Assembly (NCBI GenBank): GCA_004431415.1
Contig: QPMI01000507.1
Coordinates: 1 to 64,000 of the forward strand
Direction: 5' to 3'
DNA: 64,000 nt
DNA from: Cyanophora paradoxa CCMP329
Taxonomy: Eukaryota; Plantae; Glaucophyta
How positions within the stretch are numbered: position 1 is the stretch's first letter; each line of letters starts with the position of its first letter. A program made the position numbers and the translations under genes. The notes below the pieces were generated by a model. It was not told where the DNA came from. It worked only from the letters and a program-made list of their open reading frames with translations, and did no database searches. Shown here piece by piece: positions 11,882-23,511 of the stretch.

Positions 11882-12162
11882 TGTCGCGTGCGAGATTAGT
11901 GTGTCTAATCGTGCGCGCGGGAAGCCCGTGCGGAGTGCAAGCTCGGCAGGGCGGGGAATGGCGAGTGTCGCTGCTGTAGTCGCTAAGATCCAACTCACTG
12001 GGTGTACCCGTCCAGATACGGCGTACCCCGACACAAATACAAGTGACCGCGGCGCTCTAACTAGCCTAGGCGCCGTCGGTCCAGCAGCTCGAAGGCTGAC
12101 GTGATCTAGAGCCCTAGCGGCTCACATATAAATGAGCATCCGCTATAATGTCGGATGCGACA
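11882..12162 (-). repeat. 3' LTR (281 bp)
   Basis: Appears identical by eye to 16824-16981 plus 17854-17976; TG...CA termini with a 6-bp inverted repeat. Confidence 0.93.
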
Positions 12163-12177
12163 ACTCCTCCTCTCGGA
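12163..12177 (-). other. Polypurine tract of the LTR element
   Basis: Minus strand TCCGAGAGGAGGAGT directly abuts the 3' LTR. Confidence 0.85.
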
Positions 12178-14781
12178 TCCCGCGTCCGCGCGGGTCTAAA
12201 TAAATACATATCGACCGGCTACTGCCGGGAATCGAAAAAGGCTCAACGTCCGTCCGTGTCCGGCAACTGCCGGGAATAGAAAAGACACCAAGTCCGGCTA
12301 TGTACATGTCCATGGCCGCGGCGTTGACTGCCGGGAATAGAAAAGACTGATACCCGGCAAGTGCCGGCACGACTCCAGAGTGTACGTAGTGCCCAGGGGG
12401 CGAGGTCCAACTTCGGGCCGGCGGCCCAGGCAACCCGCACGAGGCGAGCGGAAGGGGACGGAAGCCGAGGGGGCCCTGCCCTCATCGCGATTGTGCAGCA
12501 CGTTAGCTGCAAAGGCACACGCTGCAACAGCAACGCGGGGCGCAGCGCTCGCGACAGCGCTCAGCAGCCCACAGCGAAATGCCCGTCCCAAAACTTAGGG
12601 CTAAGCAGCTCGACTAGCGCCGCTGCTCAGGCAAACACCGTGCCTTCACTGCATTATCACGGCGTCGGATCGGGAATCCCCCGACGGCGGTGGAGCTAGA
12701 ATCTCCAGGGCGAGGCTAGACGCCGCCCACAAGGTGCCCTTCCACGCCATTGCGCGACGGGAGGTACCCTGCCCGACCCGCGGGTGCACATCTATTAAAA
12801 GGGGACGTGGCCCTCTCAGGCGGCCCGCCACCAAGCGTCCCTGGTGCGGAGCCCTGCTGGGGGTATTTTTGCTTCCCCGTCGTCGTACCCGGGGCAGGAA
12901 CCCGGCGTCACGACCGCCTGCGTGTACCCCTGCCGGCGCAAGGCGCGCCCTGGTACCACGCCAGGTCTTACATGGAGGGGGAATTTGTCATCCCCTGTCG
13001 CTGTACCCGGGGCAGAACCCGGCGTCACAGCCGCCCACCGACCCTTCTGCAGACGCAAGGCGCGTCCTAGGGCTCGGCTAGGTCTTTGCAAGGGTCTCCC
13101 GCCCTGTCACCGCGCCGAGCTGTGCTCAAGGCTTACGGCCGCCCGCGGCTCATCCTTCCGCTCGGGACTTACTGAGGGACGCTTGCCCTGTCGCCGTGCC
13201 GAGCTGTGCTCAAGGCCCCCGGCCGCCCGTGGCTCACCCTTTCTGCCCGGGACTTTCGCGATGTTTCGCGGGGCTCGGAGGCCCGTCTCAGCCCAACCCT
13301 TCACGGGTGGCCTCTTGTGCTCGCGCTGCTCGGAGGCAGGTATCGCCGCTTCTTGTCCTCGCCCTCGTGTGGGGCCGGGACGCGGCTGGGAGCCGGCTTT
13401 CTCAAGCCGCTCCTGGCCAGGACCACCCCCCGTCACGACCGCCCTGGGGCCGGACCGGCCACATGCGAGACGGGACTCACAATCATGGGTGTCCTTCTGG
13501 CGCCGCCTCAACAGGCTGGCCGCCGGGTCTCAAAGCTCTTAGCTTGTGAGCAGGGCTCGCAGCCCGTCGCACCACTCGGCCTGCCGCAGTGCAGCCGCAG
13601 TGTGCCGCCTGGATGCCAACTCGTCGGGCAGTTCACCAGGTCTTTGGGCTGGGCACTGGGCCCCTCGCCCCGCTAACGTTCAGTCCGGATTTCGGAACAG
13701 ACACGCGCGGCCTGGGCGCCAACTTGGCGGGCGTCACCAGGACTTGAGTTCAAAGAACTGCAAAGCTCATGGCAGAGCCTGCTATTGCCTGGCCGCTTCG
13801 GGGCGCGCCGGGACTTTATTTCAGGGCTCGAGCTCTCGAGGGCACCGTGTGCTCAAGCTCGGAGGCTCACGATTTTTGCAGGGGCTCACGGGCCGCCTGT
13901 CAAGCTCACGGCATGCCATCAGGCGCTTGCTGGCCGGGCGTCGTGCCTCAGGCATCGAGCTTCTCTTGAGAGTGTTTTCCGGGCTCAAGGCTCCGCGGAT
14001 TACATCTCATTTTGCAGCGGCAGCTAGGCCGCTCGCAGGCCATGGCCAAGGGGCTCACAGCATTGGCTGCCGCGGGGGCCAGCTTCAGCTGGGGCTCAGG
14101 CTCAAGCTCTGACTGCAAAGCCTGAGGCCACTTTTCTGGATTTCGCAAGGCCCGTGGCCGCACTCAGCGATTGCAGTGCGCCGCGCGAAATCGCAGGCTT
14201 TCGACGAGAGAATCTCGGAGGTACTCCTCCTCTCGGAAAGACTGGTACCCGCTCGGGTTTGAGATCAGATTTGGGCCACCGGCCACAGATCTAGATTGAG
14301 GCAAGCAGAAGTGCTCGCAATAGCGGCACCGGCGCCTCTTCGCAGCTTTGCAAAAGAGGTACTCCTCCTCTCGGAAAGAGGGGCACCCGTGGCCGCTCAG
14401 GGTGCTCGACAGCACTCGATTGAGGCTCTCTTTCGCGAGTGCTATTTGATCTTGGCTATTTGATCTTGGCCAGCGGCCACAGATCCAGGCAAGCCTCGGG
14501 GCGGGAGGGCGAGCGGCAGCGCTTGCACTGCTCGTGCAGCATGCCCGTGCTCACTCCTCCTCTCGGAAGACGTCGTCCCCGACGTCTGAAATTATGTACA
14601 AATGTACAAATATACACCCTGCTCAGAGGCAGGTATATTGGCCGCTTATTACAGCGACACACGGGGCTCTCGCAGGGGATCGGAGGCCCAGGCTCCGCGA
14701 AAAATCGGATCGCGGTTACAGCAGGGCTTTTTCTGGCGGCTGCCCAAGCCAGCCAGACCCTAGTGCAGCTGGTGCACTTGC

Positions 14782-16347
14782 TCACTCACGCTCCACCGCA
14801 GGGCGCGCGGGTGGAGCCGCTGAGCTCGAGGGCACGGGAAGCGCGGGGCGAGCAGCCCGTGTAGGGGGGTCGGAGCAAGCACTGTGGTGGTGCCCTGCCT
14901 CGCCGCAGCGACCGCAGACTTCGTCTGGGTCCTGTTTTCCCTCGTCGGACCAGTACTCTTGCTCATCGGCGGCATCCTCTTGGGAGCGCTTTTGCCGATA
15001 GTACTGGCCGCGGCGGACCCAGGGGCGTACTGGGGCGAACGGGGTGCGCTTGGGGCACACATTTGCCCAATGACGCCGCGCCTCAACGGGGACGCTGGGG
15101 TCATCCGAGCACCCGTAGCAGTCTGAGGGGGGGTACTCCGGGTACCCGAGCTCAGACATGCGCCGCAGCACCTCCGCAACAGCGGCAGGCGAGCGGGACT
15201 GCACGGCCCAAGAGGACCCGCGTGCAGAAATTGAGGGCTGGGCCCTGGAATTTGCATCCCGAGGCTCAGCAGGGCCAGGGGAGCTCGAGGCTCGTGCAGC
15301 GGCAGGGGTGCCGGCTGACGAGGACTCATCCTCGGCAAACTGTGCCTGCAGGATACGGGTCCGTTTTGCCTCGGGCAGCTCGCGATCGGCAGCTGCCAGC
15401 GCAGGCGGGAACACGGCGCAGCAGCCGTGGCGCTTGCACTGCTCGACGAAAATATTGTCAAGCTCAAGCGGCGAGATAGCGCCGTTATTGGCGAGGAGGC
15501 GCTGCCGCAGCGCCGTGAGGAACTCGCGCAGCGTGCGCTCGTTCGCCTGGGCGAACCCGGCCATCCGAACATCAAGGTTCTGATATTCAGGGTCCTCGCT
15601 CGTCGAGCGGGCCTCGAGCGCGGTGCGCAGGCAGTCCGCGTAGTACGCAGCAAACTGCTGGCCCGGCGGCAGCGTGTGCCGTACGAGGGGCAAGAACCAG
15701 TCATGCCACGAGCGGGGGTCCTCGCCCGTGTACGGCTCAGTGAGAGCCCGGCGGGCCGCGTGCGGGCGGGTCTCATGAATCCACGCAGTGATCGTGTCAA
15801 GCAGCCCGGGGGCACGCAAGTACGAGTCGCGCACGGCCAGGATTGAGGCCTGATCACGCACGCAGCTCTGCTGCAGCGCGAGGATAGCAGCATCATCCTC
15901 GGCGGACCGCAGGTCTGCCGGGACAGCCTCGAGACGAGCGAGCCTGGCGCGGTCATGCTCGAGGGCAGTGACAGAGGCCTCATAGAGGTCGCGCTTGCGC
16001 TCAATCTCAGCGCGGAGAGCTCCGGGGCGGATCCGCCCGACAATCACTCCGGCGAGCGCCTCTGACTTTGAGTACTCTTGGCTACCGGCAGAATCCGGTC
16101 CAAACAAGTACTTCGTCGGCAGGGACGACTGGAAGTTCCGCACGTCCTTCCGGAACCGGTCGCCATCGGCGAGGCGCGGATTTGCAGGCAGGAATGCGAT
16201 CCGCACGGGATCATCATCCGCCGCAGCGGAGCCAGCAGCGAGTTGCTGCACATGCACAGCAGCATAGCCCTGGGCGGGCTCGATGTGCGCGAGGGCAGAC
16301 AGCCGGCTACGGACTTCAGAACTGATCAGTTCAGAAGTGTTCGACAT
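14782..16347 (-). CDS. gag: Gag-like protein with zinc knuckle(s)
   Basis: CGRCGEAGHHHSAC is CX2CX4HX4C; a second atypical knuckle CYGC-X12-HWANVC. First ATG at 16347, downstream of the PBS. Confidence 0.85.
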   Translation of the reverse strand: MSNTSELISSEVRSRLSALAHIEPAQGYAAVHVQQLAAGSAAADDDPVRIAFLPANPRLADGDRFRKDVRNFQSSLPTKYLFGPDSAGSQEYSKSEALAGVIVGRIRPGALRAEIERKRDLYEASVTALEHDRARLARLEAVPADLRSAEDDAAILALQQSCVRDQASILAVRDSYLRAPGLLDTITAWIHETRPHAARRALTEPYTGEDPRSWHDWFLPLVRHTLPPGQQFAAYYADCLRTALEARSTSEDPEYQNLDVRMAGFAQANERTLREFLTALRQRLLANNGAISPLELDNIFVEQCKRHGCCAVFPPALAAADRELPEAKRTRILQAQFAEDESSSAGTPAAARASSSPGPAEPRDANSRAQPSISARGSSWAVQSRSPAAVAEVLRRMSELGYPEYPPSDCYGCSDDPSVPVEARRHWANVCPKRTPFAPVRPWVRRGQYYRQKRSQEDAADEQEYWSDEGKQDPDEVCGRCGEAGHHHSACSDPPTRAARPALPVPSSSAAPPARPAVERE

Positions 16348-16798
16348 ATTGCTCTCTTTGCAGCGTATAGCCACGAGAACAGAATGCCAGGGCGCAAGAT
16401 TTGATCTGCAGCGCACTGCAGATCCGGGACACGGTCTTCTCGTGGCGTGCGAGAACCGACTCAGGGACACTCAGAGAACTGCCGCTGGCAGACTCCGGGG
16501 CACAGTTTGCGACGCGAAGCGTGCAACCGGCGAAGGGACACAGACAATGATTGAGACTCTCGCGAGAGCTCGTGCGTGCGCTTCGGTCTGGGGATGCACC
16601 GAAGCCCGCGAGGGACACTAGAGTCACTTCCGAAGCACAATCAGCCCGCCCAGAGGCGACGCGGCCGAAGTGTGCAGCGTAGCACGCCACAAGTGGCGGT
16701 CGCCCGGAAAGCTCGTCCCAGATCTCTCTAAGCTTATGCGAGGCGGCGCGGCGAGGCGCGCGGCGCGGGCAGAGCCTGGAAGTCCAGCGACCCTTGAA

Positions 16799-16823
16799 GG
16801 TTCGATTCCGGCAGAATGGCGCC
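16799..16823 (-). other. Primer-binding site, complementary to a tRNA 3' end with tRNA-Sec-like geometry
   Basis: Plus strand reads GG-TTCGATT-CCGG-CAGAATGGC-G-CC immediately inside the 5' LTR. Confidence 0.8.
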
Positions 16824-17976
16824 TGTCGCGTGCGAGATTAGTGTGTCTAATCGTGCGCGCGGGAAGCCCGTGCGGAGTGCAAGCTCGGCAGGGCGGGGAA
16901 TGGCGAGTGTCGCTGCTGTAGTCGCTAAGATCCAACTCACTGGGTGTACCCGTCCAGATACGGCGTACCCCGACACAAATACTAGCACGCCGGCGGCCTG
17001 TGCTCGCGATCGGGTTTTGACTGGGTCGGCCGCCGGATGGAAACGGGGTAGGAAGTCTATTTAGCTAGGGACAGCGAGGGGCCCGCGCGCGGCGTCGCCG
17101 AGCTCGAGTCGGGTGCCGCGAACGCGCGCGCAGTGCTAGCGCTAGCGCTAGCGCTGCGCGCGCGTTCGCGCAGCTGCAGCTGCACGCGCATGCGCAGCCT
17201 GGCAGCACTGCGGCAGCTGGCGCCGCCATGGCCACGCGCCCAGGCGTGGCCCGCGGCCGGCCGCCGCGGCGACGTCGACGGCGCCGGCGCCGCGGCCGGC
17301 GCGGCAGCGCGCGGCCGCGGGCGGCGCCGGCGTGCGCGCGCCAAAGTCCAGCAAGCCACTAGCCGGCGCCGGAGCTCACCTAGCTACGCTGGCCAGCTAG
17401 CGAGCCTGTCGGCTAGCTTGCCGGCTTAAAGCACGGGTACTGCAACACGATTGGCTCCATTCCCCCCTGCTCGAGTCTCGATGCGCCTCCAACTCTCAGG
17501 AGCGCTTTTTTTCCGCATTCGGTACAACAGGTACTTGATGCGGCCTAGCGCGCCACGCGCTGCTTCCCGAGCACTGGCATGTAGGACAAGCTTTGCCGAG
17601 CATCGCAAGAGCTTTCTTATGCACTTGGTCCGGTCCCTATACGAGCACAGGATCAGGCGCTGCAAGGGATAGTTCAGGAAAGGGTCCGGTCCTTTTTTCA
17701 GCGCTGCATTCCGCTCTTCCCGGGTTCTGACAACGAATTCCGGGCTCTCATGCATGCAATAACACTCGGTTAAGAGCTCGGAGCTGGATCGGGAGATGAG
17801 CAGACTCGTCATTTTGCAAGTGACAGGAAACGGGGGCCCTACCCCGTTTCCAACAAGTGACCGCGGCGCTCTAACTAGCCTAGGCGCCGTCGGTCCAGCA
17901 GCTCGAAGGCTGACGTGATCTAGAGCCCTAGCGGCTCACATATAAATGAGCATCCGCTATAATGTCGGATGCGACA
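16824..17976 (-). repeat. 5' LTR interrupted by an 872-bp insertion
   Basis: LTR halves 16824-16981 and 17854-17976 match the intact LTR. Confidence 0.9.
16982..17853 (-). mobile_element. Non-autonomous Helitron/Helentron-like element nested in the LTR
   Basis: Minus strand 5'-TT...CTAG-3'; no TSD is needed against the empty site in the other LTR. Perfect 15-bp subterminal IR at 17038-17052 / 17838-17852. 5' palindrome 17826-17851; 3' stem 16990-16998 / 17028-17036. Confidence 0.8.
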
Positions 17977-18334
17977 GCCGGCCCGTCGTGGCCAGCCGCA
18001 GTGCGCTGTGAAATTTAATCGAATAAATCGCACCCACAATTGCAACTGCAGCCAGCGGTACCGGTAATTATAATCAAGGAGCAGGCACTAGATGCAGGCC
18101 TAGGGTAACCACGTGCGAGCTGTACATGTCAGACAGCTGCAGCCGTAGCTGTACGTATATATATATATATATATATACGTATACGGTACGTTAAAGAGCC
18201 TACGGTGCCACGGTGCACGTGGGAGCTCGAGGCAGGTGGCCTACGTATACAGTGTGGGGGTCTGATTCAGGTACGAGGGCCCATCGATATCTTTTCTTTC
18301 ACTGAGTCAAGTCCATTAAATATTGGCCAGATTA

Positions 18335-19318
18335 CTAGGTCTTCGACTCGCCCCCGCCCCCGCTCGTCTCAGGAGGTGCAAGGTGGGGTCTAAAGTAGAG
18401 ACGCTGACAGAATACAACAACTAATTATAAGTAACTTAGTAATCCTCAGCCCGGAGAGCTGCTCTGCCGCCCACCGTGCCTCCGCCCCGCCCGGCGAACC
18501 GCACCGCCGCCCGCGCGCCGGTGCCCGGAGAGCTGCGCCGCCGCCCCGCTCGCCGCGCGCGCCTTCGCCCCGCGCGGCCCCCGCGCCCCGAGCCGCGCCT
18601 CTGCCCACGGGCCGCGCCCACGTCCCGCCTGCCGAGCCGCGCCGCCGCCTGCCGAGCCGTGCCGCCGCCTGCCGCGCAGCTGAGCTGCCACGCGCGCGTC
18701 GCGCCTCCGAGGCCCCTTCCCGCTTGGCGACTCGGCGAGCCGCGCCGACCGCTACCCGACCGCCCCGCCCGTCATATGCATGGCGCCGGCCTCGCGTCGC
18801 GCAGCCGCTGAGCCGGCCGCTGCGCACTCCCGCGTGCCGCGCCTGGGCCGGGTTAGCGACATGTCCAGCTGGGGCCGCGCGGGCCAGGCGCGGGGATCCG
18901 GACCGTCGGACACGGGAGCTCGAGCTCGAGGGCGGTGGCGCGCGCGGCTCGCGCGCTGGCAGAGCGGAGCGCGCGCGCGCGGCGCGACGCCCCGGCCGCG
19001 CGCGGAGGCGCGGCGGGCGGCGGCGCGGGCTGTAGGCTGCAGCTGCCGCAGGCATGCAGCTGCAGGCTGGCTGCGGTTGCACATGCCCCGGGCCTTCGTT
19101 GTGGCGGCGGCAAGTCGTCGGCGGCGGCAAGGAGCCTTGCGCGGGATACAGCAAAAAGAGACGTCCGGCGGCGCCGGCCTTATCCACAGCGGGGTACCAC
19201 AAAAAGACTTATCGCCGACGGAAAAAAAGACCGACTTGCGAACTGGCCGACTTGGACAGCGTGACAGACAATCCGACGGGTAGCAAGGGGGGTTTGAGCA
19301 GCTGACCCCCCCTTGCAA
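18335..19318 (-). mobile_element. Second non-autonomous Helitron/Helentron-like element (different family)
   Basis: Minus strand 5'-TT...CTAG-3' between A and T. Subterminal IR TGCAAGGTGGGGTC (18377-18390) vs 19304-19317, 13/14 match. 5' palindrome 19283-19316. Confidence 0.6.
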
Positions 19319-19789
19319 TAAACACCACGGCACAGGTATCAATGTTCTACGTGACGTGCCCTTCAAAGGTTTCGATCAATTCCGACCGATCAACTTGTAC
19401 GCTGAAGGTGCTAGCTAGTTGCCGGCCATGGGTTGCTCAATATGTATCGTGGGAGGTTCGCCCGAGTGGGGGAGACATGGTTTAATTTTCGGTGATAGCC
19501 GTAACCAGTCCCGCGCGCCCACCCCTTGATCAACTCCTCCATCCCCCATGAGCCCTGAGCGGTCTATGGAGGCCGCGGAGCAGCGAACTTCGGAAGGCAG
19601 AGGCGCACAGCTGCATGCGCAGGCGCAGCCATTCGGGTGCATGCGCACGTGCACGTGTGTAAGCTTGAATCGACTTGGTGGCCTAGATTTCATTGAAAGC
19701 GGCAATTCGAATTGCAAATCAAATGCTCTCAATCTCGCTGGAGCAGGGGGGAGGCCCGAGGGGGGCTGGGGCCGAACATCTAGCCAGAG

Positions 19790-21622
19790 CTACAGGACGG
19801 TGTAGAGGTGGATGCGGCGGAACTCGTCCTGCTCGTCCATCTCGCTCGCCCCGCCCCGCCCGCAGCCGCCCCCCTCGCCCGAGCACTCCGCCCCGCCCCC
19901 GCCGCACCCGCCCTTCTCCTTCCGCGCCCGCTTCGCCTCGCGCTCCTCGCAGCCGCCGCCGGCGCAGCACGCCGCGCCCTCCCCGCAGCCGCCCTCCTCC
20001 TCCTCGCATGGCGGGCGCGGGGGGTACTCGATCGTCTCCTCCTTGACCCAGCCCGAGAGCCAGGCCTCGACCTCGGCGGGGCTCCAGGCGGGCCGCGCCG
20101 CCGCGACGCTGGCCCGCAGCGACGGCACCGTCACCAGCCGCTGGCCCGGCTTCTTGCAGTTCTCCCGCACCGCCTGCCGCCACGGCCCCAGCTCGGGGGT
20201 GCACGGCACGAATCAGCCGCCGGCGGCGCGGGGGGGGCCCGCACCTGCCACTCCTTCCAGAGCGCATCTACCCCCTTCGAGAAGAACTGCGGGGCGGGGT
20301 GCGAGTAAAGCGGAGGTGGGGTGGGATGGGGAGGAGGCGGGGTGGGGCGGGGTGCGCGGGGGCGCCTGGAAGACGTTGTTGAGGACGACGACGTCGGCGC
20401 GCTGCAGGGCCCTCGCCCCCTCCCCCTCCTTCGCGTCCCCCGCCACCACCTGCCCCCCCCGCGCGCCCCCGCCAGGCGTCGGCCGGGGCGGGGGCCGGGG
20501 CCGGGGCTCGGGCTCGGGCTCGAGGGGACCTTGACGCGCTTCTCGAGGCGGAACTTCTTCGCGATCGTCGCCTGGAGCGCCGCGAACGCCGCGTTCCTCT
20601 GCGGCGCCGCGCGGGGCTCAGAGGGCCCGGGCGGGGTCGGAGGGCGCAGACGGCGGGGGCCCAGGGGCCGCGCCTCGATGCCGACGGCCTCCTTGGCGTC
20701 GGAGAGGACGGCGGCGGAGAAGGTGACGGCCCCGATGCGGCTACCCACGTCCGCCACCACCTTCCCCTTCAGCTCCCCCAGCACCTGCCGCCCCCCCGCC
20801 CCCTCCCGTCCAGCACGCCCCGCCCCGCCGCCCGGCCCGGCCCGGCGCGGCGCACCTTCGGGCCGAAGATGAACCGGACCTGGTCCAGGCTCGCGCTGTG
20901 CGAAACGAAGTCTGCGCGCCGCGCGGCGGGGCGGGGCGGGGCGGGGCGCCGGCGTGAGCGGGGCGGCTCGGGAGGGGCGGGGCGGGGCGGGCGCACTGAG
21001 GGGCTTGATCTGGCGGCTGCCGCAGGCGGTGCAGTAGAAGCGGTGGAGGACGCCCTCGTCGATGGCGTCGTCGAGCTCCTCGTCGTTGTTGTAGAGGAAG
21101 GCGTCCACGTTCTGCGTGTTCTCCTTCGTCCAGTCCTTGAAGTCCCCCCCCTCCGGGATCGTCGTCTCCTCGTCCGGCGCGTCCGCCGTCGGCATCTCCC
21201 GGCGGATCTCCTGCCGGATCGCCTGCAGCACGTCCTCCTTCTTCTCGTCCACCATCGCAAAGTAGTCTGCGGCGCGGCGGGCGATCGCGCGTCACGTACA
21301 GCGCCTGGCGCCGCTTGCGAACTAGATACGAGCGCTCGGCGGCGCCTGCGCACGCCGCGCGTGCCCGTAGCTAACTCGGCGGGCTCGGGAGCGCCGGGCG
21401 ATCGGCGGCGCGGGGGCCAGCGGTGTCTGGTGCACCTTTCTCGTCGACCTCGCCGCCAGCAGAGGATCCCTCGCCGCCGTCCTCCGAGCCCTCCTTCTCC
21501 AGCACGGCGTGAAAAGCTTCCGCCAGGGCTTTGTTGAACGCTTCCTGCGTCTTCGCGGGCGCCTTCGCCGCCTCCTCTACGAGAGCCGCGAGCCGCTCCG
21601 CGAGGCTTTCCTTCTTTCCCAT
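19790..21622 (-). CDS. Conserved uncharacterised class I SAM-dependent methyltransferase-like protein (multi-exon)
   Basis: Exons VDAFLY..EG..HRFYCTACGSRQIKPL / FVSHSAS / VADVGSRIGAV / ADVVVLNNVFQFF / LVTVPSL / IHLYTVL*. Confidence 0.8.
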
Positions 21623-21792
21623 CTCTTCCGCTGCAAGTTCTGCTCGGTCCGGCGGGTACAAGAAACCTCGGCAGCCCGATCAAATTTGCGAAATCGGCGC
21701 GGGTTTCGACTTCCAGACGGTGAGCGATGCGCGAGGGCGGTGCAAAATGCATCTCCACGCCAAGCCGAGCGCACGCGCAGGTCGCGACAACG

Positions 21793-23511
21793 ATGCTCAC
21801 GTTTGCCATGCCTCTCGCGGTGACGGCGCCGTCCGCTCTATCGGCCGGATCGGACGGGCTTGTCTCGACGCTCTCTGTACCTTCAGTCTTGGCCGCGCGC
21901 GGCTTTCCCGCGCGGCTTCTCTCCCGGCGGCGGCCGGCGCTCGTCCGCGCGCCGTCGGACTCGCGATCGCTGGCGCACTTTGGGGCGCAGCGGCAGTTCT
22001 ACTTCGAAATGCGGAGCGCCGGGAAGAGCTCGCCGGAGCCGGGGCCGGAGCCGGGAAGAGCTCGCCGCCCAGCGAGCTCTTCTGCGGGGCCGGAGGCGCG
22101 CATGGCGGATCGGGAGGGCGATCGCAGGGACTGGATCTCGCCCGCGCTGCGGAACGCGCTGCAGGCGCTCGGCGCGCTGACGCGGGCGATCGTCGCCCCG
22201 GCGGCGGGTCTCCCGCTCTGCATCTTCGTCTCAGTGTCCCTCGAGTGCGCCGCGGCCGTCCTCTCCTCGACGCCCGCGCATGCCGCGGCCGCCGCGGGCA
22301 GTGAGTCCCCTCCGCCTCCCCGGGCCCCCCCGTGCTCCCTGGCTGATCTTGAACCGAGCGCGGTGTGGGCGGGGCCGCAGGGCGCGCCGCCGGCGCCTCG
22401 AGCCGGGGAGCGCAGCGGACTCTGATGGAGCGCGTCGCCCGCTTCGCCGCCGACGTCGGCCGCGGTGCGCTCGCGAGGGCCGCCGCCCCTGCCGCCCCTC
22501 GCCGCCCGCACTCGAGCCTCGCGGGCCGGGGCGGGAGCAGCGCAGGCACGCTCCTCGCAGACGCTCCAGGAGGGCTTCCTCGCCCTGCTGAGGCGCCGCC
22601 CCGCCCTCGCCCTCCTCGTCCCGCTCCTCTGCTACGCCCTCGTCGGTGCAGCCTCCAGCTCTCCCCGCCCGCCCCGCCCCGCCCGAGCGCGCATCACGCC
22701 GGCATGGCCGGGCAGGCGCGGTGCTGGCCGTGCTCTCCGCGTCGGCGGCGGCCCTGCAGGAGCGCCGGCGGCCGCGCCCGCCCCGCGCCTTCGACTACCA
22801 CGCCGCCTGCGAGGCGCCCCTCCCCCCCCGAGCCAGCTCCGGCGGCCTCTGAGGCGGGGGCAGGAGCTGGGGCGGCTGCGGCGGGAGGCGGGGCGCCCGG
22901 GGGACCTCTGCGCCCTCTGCTTCGAGCCCGTCGAGGCGCCCGACGAGGCGCTCCTCGCCTGCGGCCACACGCCCGCACCTCCCCTCCCTCCCGGGCCCTT
23001 CGGGCGAGCGTCGGCGCCCTCTAGTGCTGAGTGTCGCCGGCAGGTTCCACCGCGGGTGCCTGGAGGAGCGTGGCCTGAGCGAGGAGTCGAACCCCGAGGA
23101 GTGCCCCGTCTGCGGTGCCCCCTCCCGCTCCCACCGAGCCGCCGTCTCGTGCCCGGCGGAGGCGGATCGATGGGGCGCTGGGGCGCAGAGGGGACGGGGC
23201 GGGCGACGGGGGAGTACGCGAGGCTCGCCCGGCGCTTCCTCGCCGTGCGCGGCCTCGCCGGGGCCCTCGCCGCCCTCCCTCTCCCTCTCACCCTCGAGCG
23301 CGCGGGGCGGGGCAGGAGCGGTACACGGCGATGGCCGCGGCGGCCGCGATCGCCGCCGAGCGCGAGGCCCGCCGCCTCGAGGCGGCGGCGGCGGCGCCGG
23401 CGGCCCCGCCCCCCCGTCGACGGCGCCGGCGGCCGGCGCGGGGCCGGCGCCGCCCGGGGAGCTCCAGGAGGGGCGCACCGGTACCCCCGCCGACTCGACC
23501 TCCGGCCTCTA
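21793..23511 (+). CDS. RING-finger protein with hydrophobic segments (putative membrane E3 ligase); boundaries approximate
   Basis: Spliced RING-H2: CALCFEP..LACGH / RFHRGCL..ECPVC at ~22915-23115, with hydrophobic exons upstream. Confidence 0.6.

Larger units (their letters stand above)
11882..17976 (-). mobile_element. Non-autonomous gag-only LTR retrotransposon
   Basis: LTRs TGTCGC...GCGACA at 11882-12162 and 16824-17976 (the latter split by an insertion). 5-bp TSD GCCGG at 11877-11881 and 17977-17981. PBS, PPT and gag present; no PR/RT/RH/IN recognisable. Confidence 0.92.

Noticed and set aside
12200-14760. pol or env ORFs of the LTR element
   Set aside because: The short ORFs lack protease, RT, RNase H, integrase or TM motifs.
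16799-16823. tRNA gene
   Set aside because: Only the 3' ~25 nt is tRNA-like; there is no D or anticodon arm.
17426-17812. Fanzor/TnpB or Rep fragment in the Helitron-like insert
   Set aside because: No RuvC, HUH or helicase motif recognisable.
11882-17976. DIRS/Ngaro-type split direct repeats (AB...A...B pattern)
   Set aside because: TG...CA ends, 5-bp TSD, PBS and PPT show ordinary LTRs. The split is a nested insertion, and no tyrosine recombinase is present.
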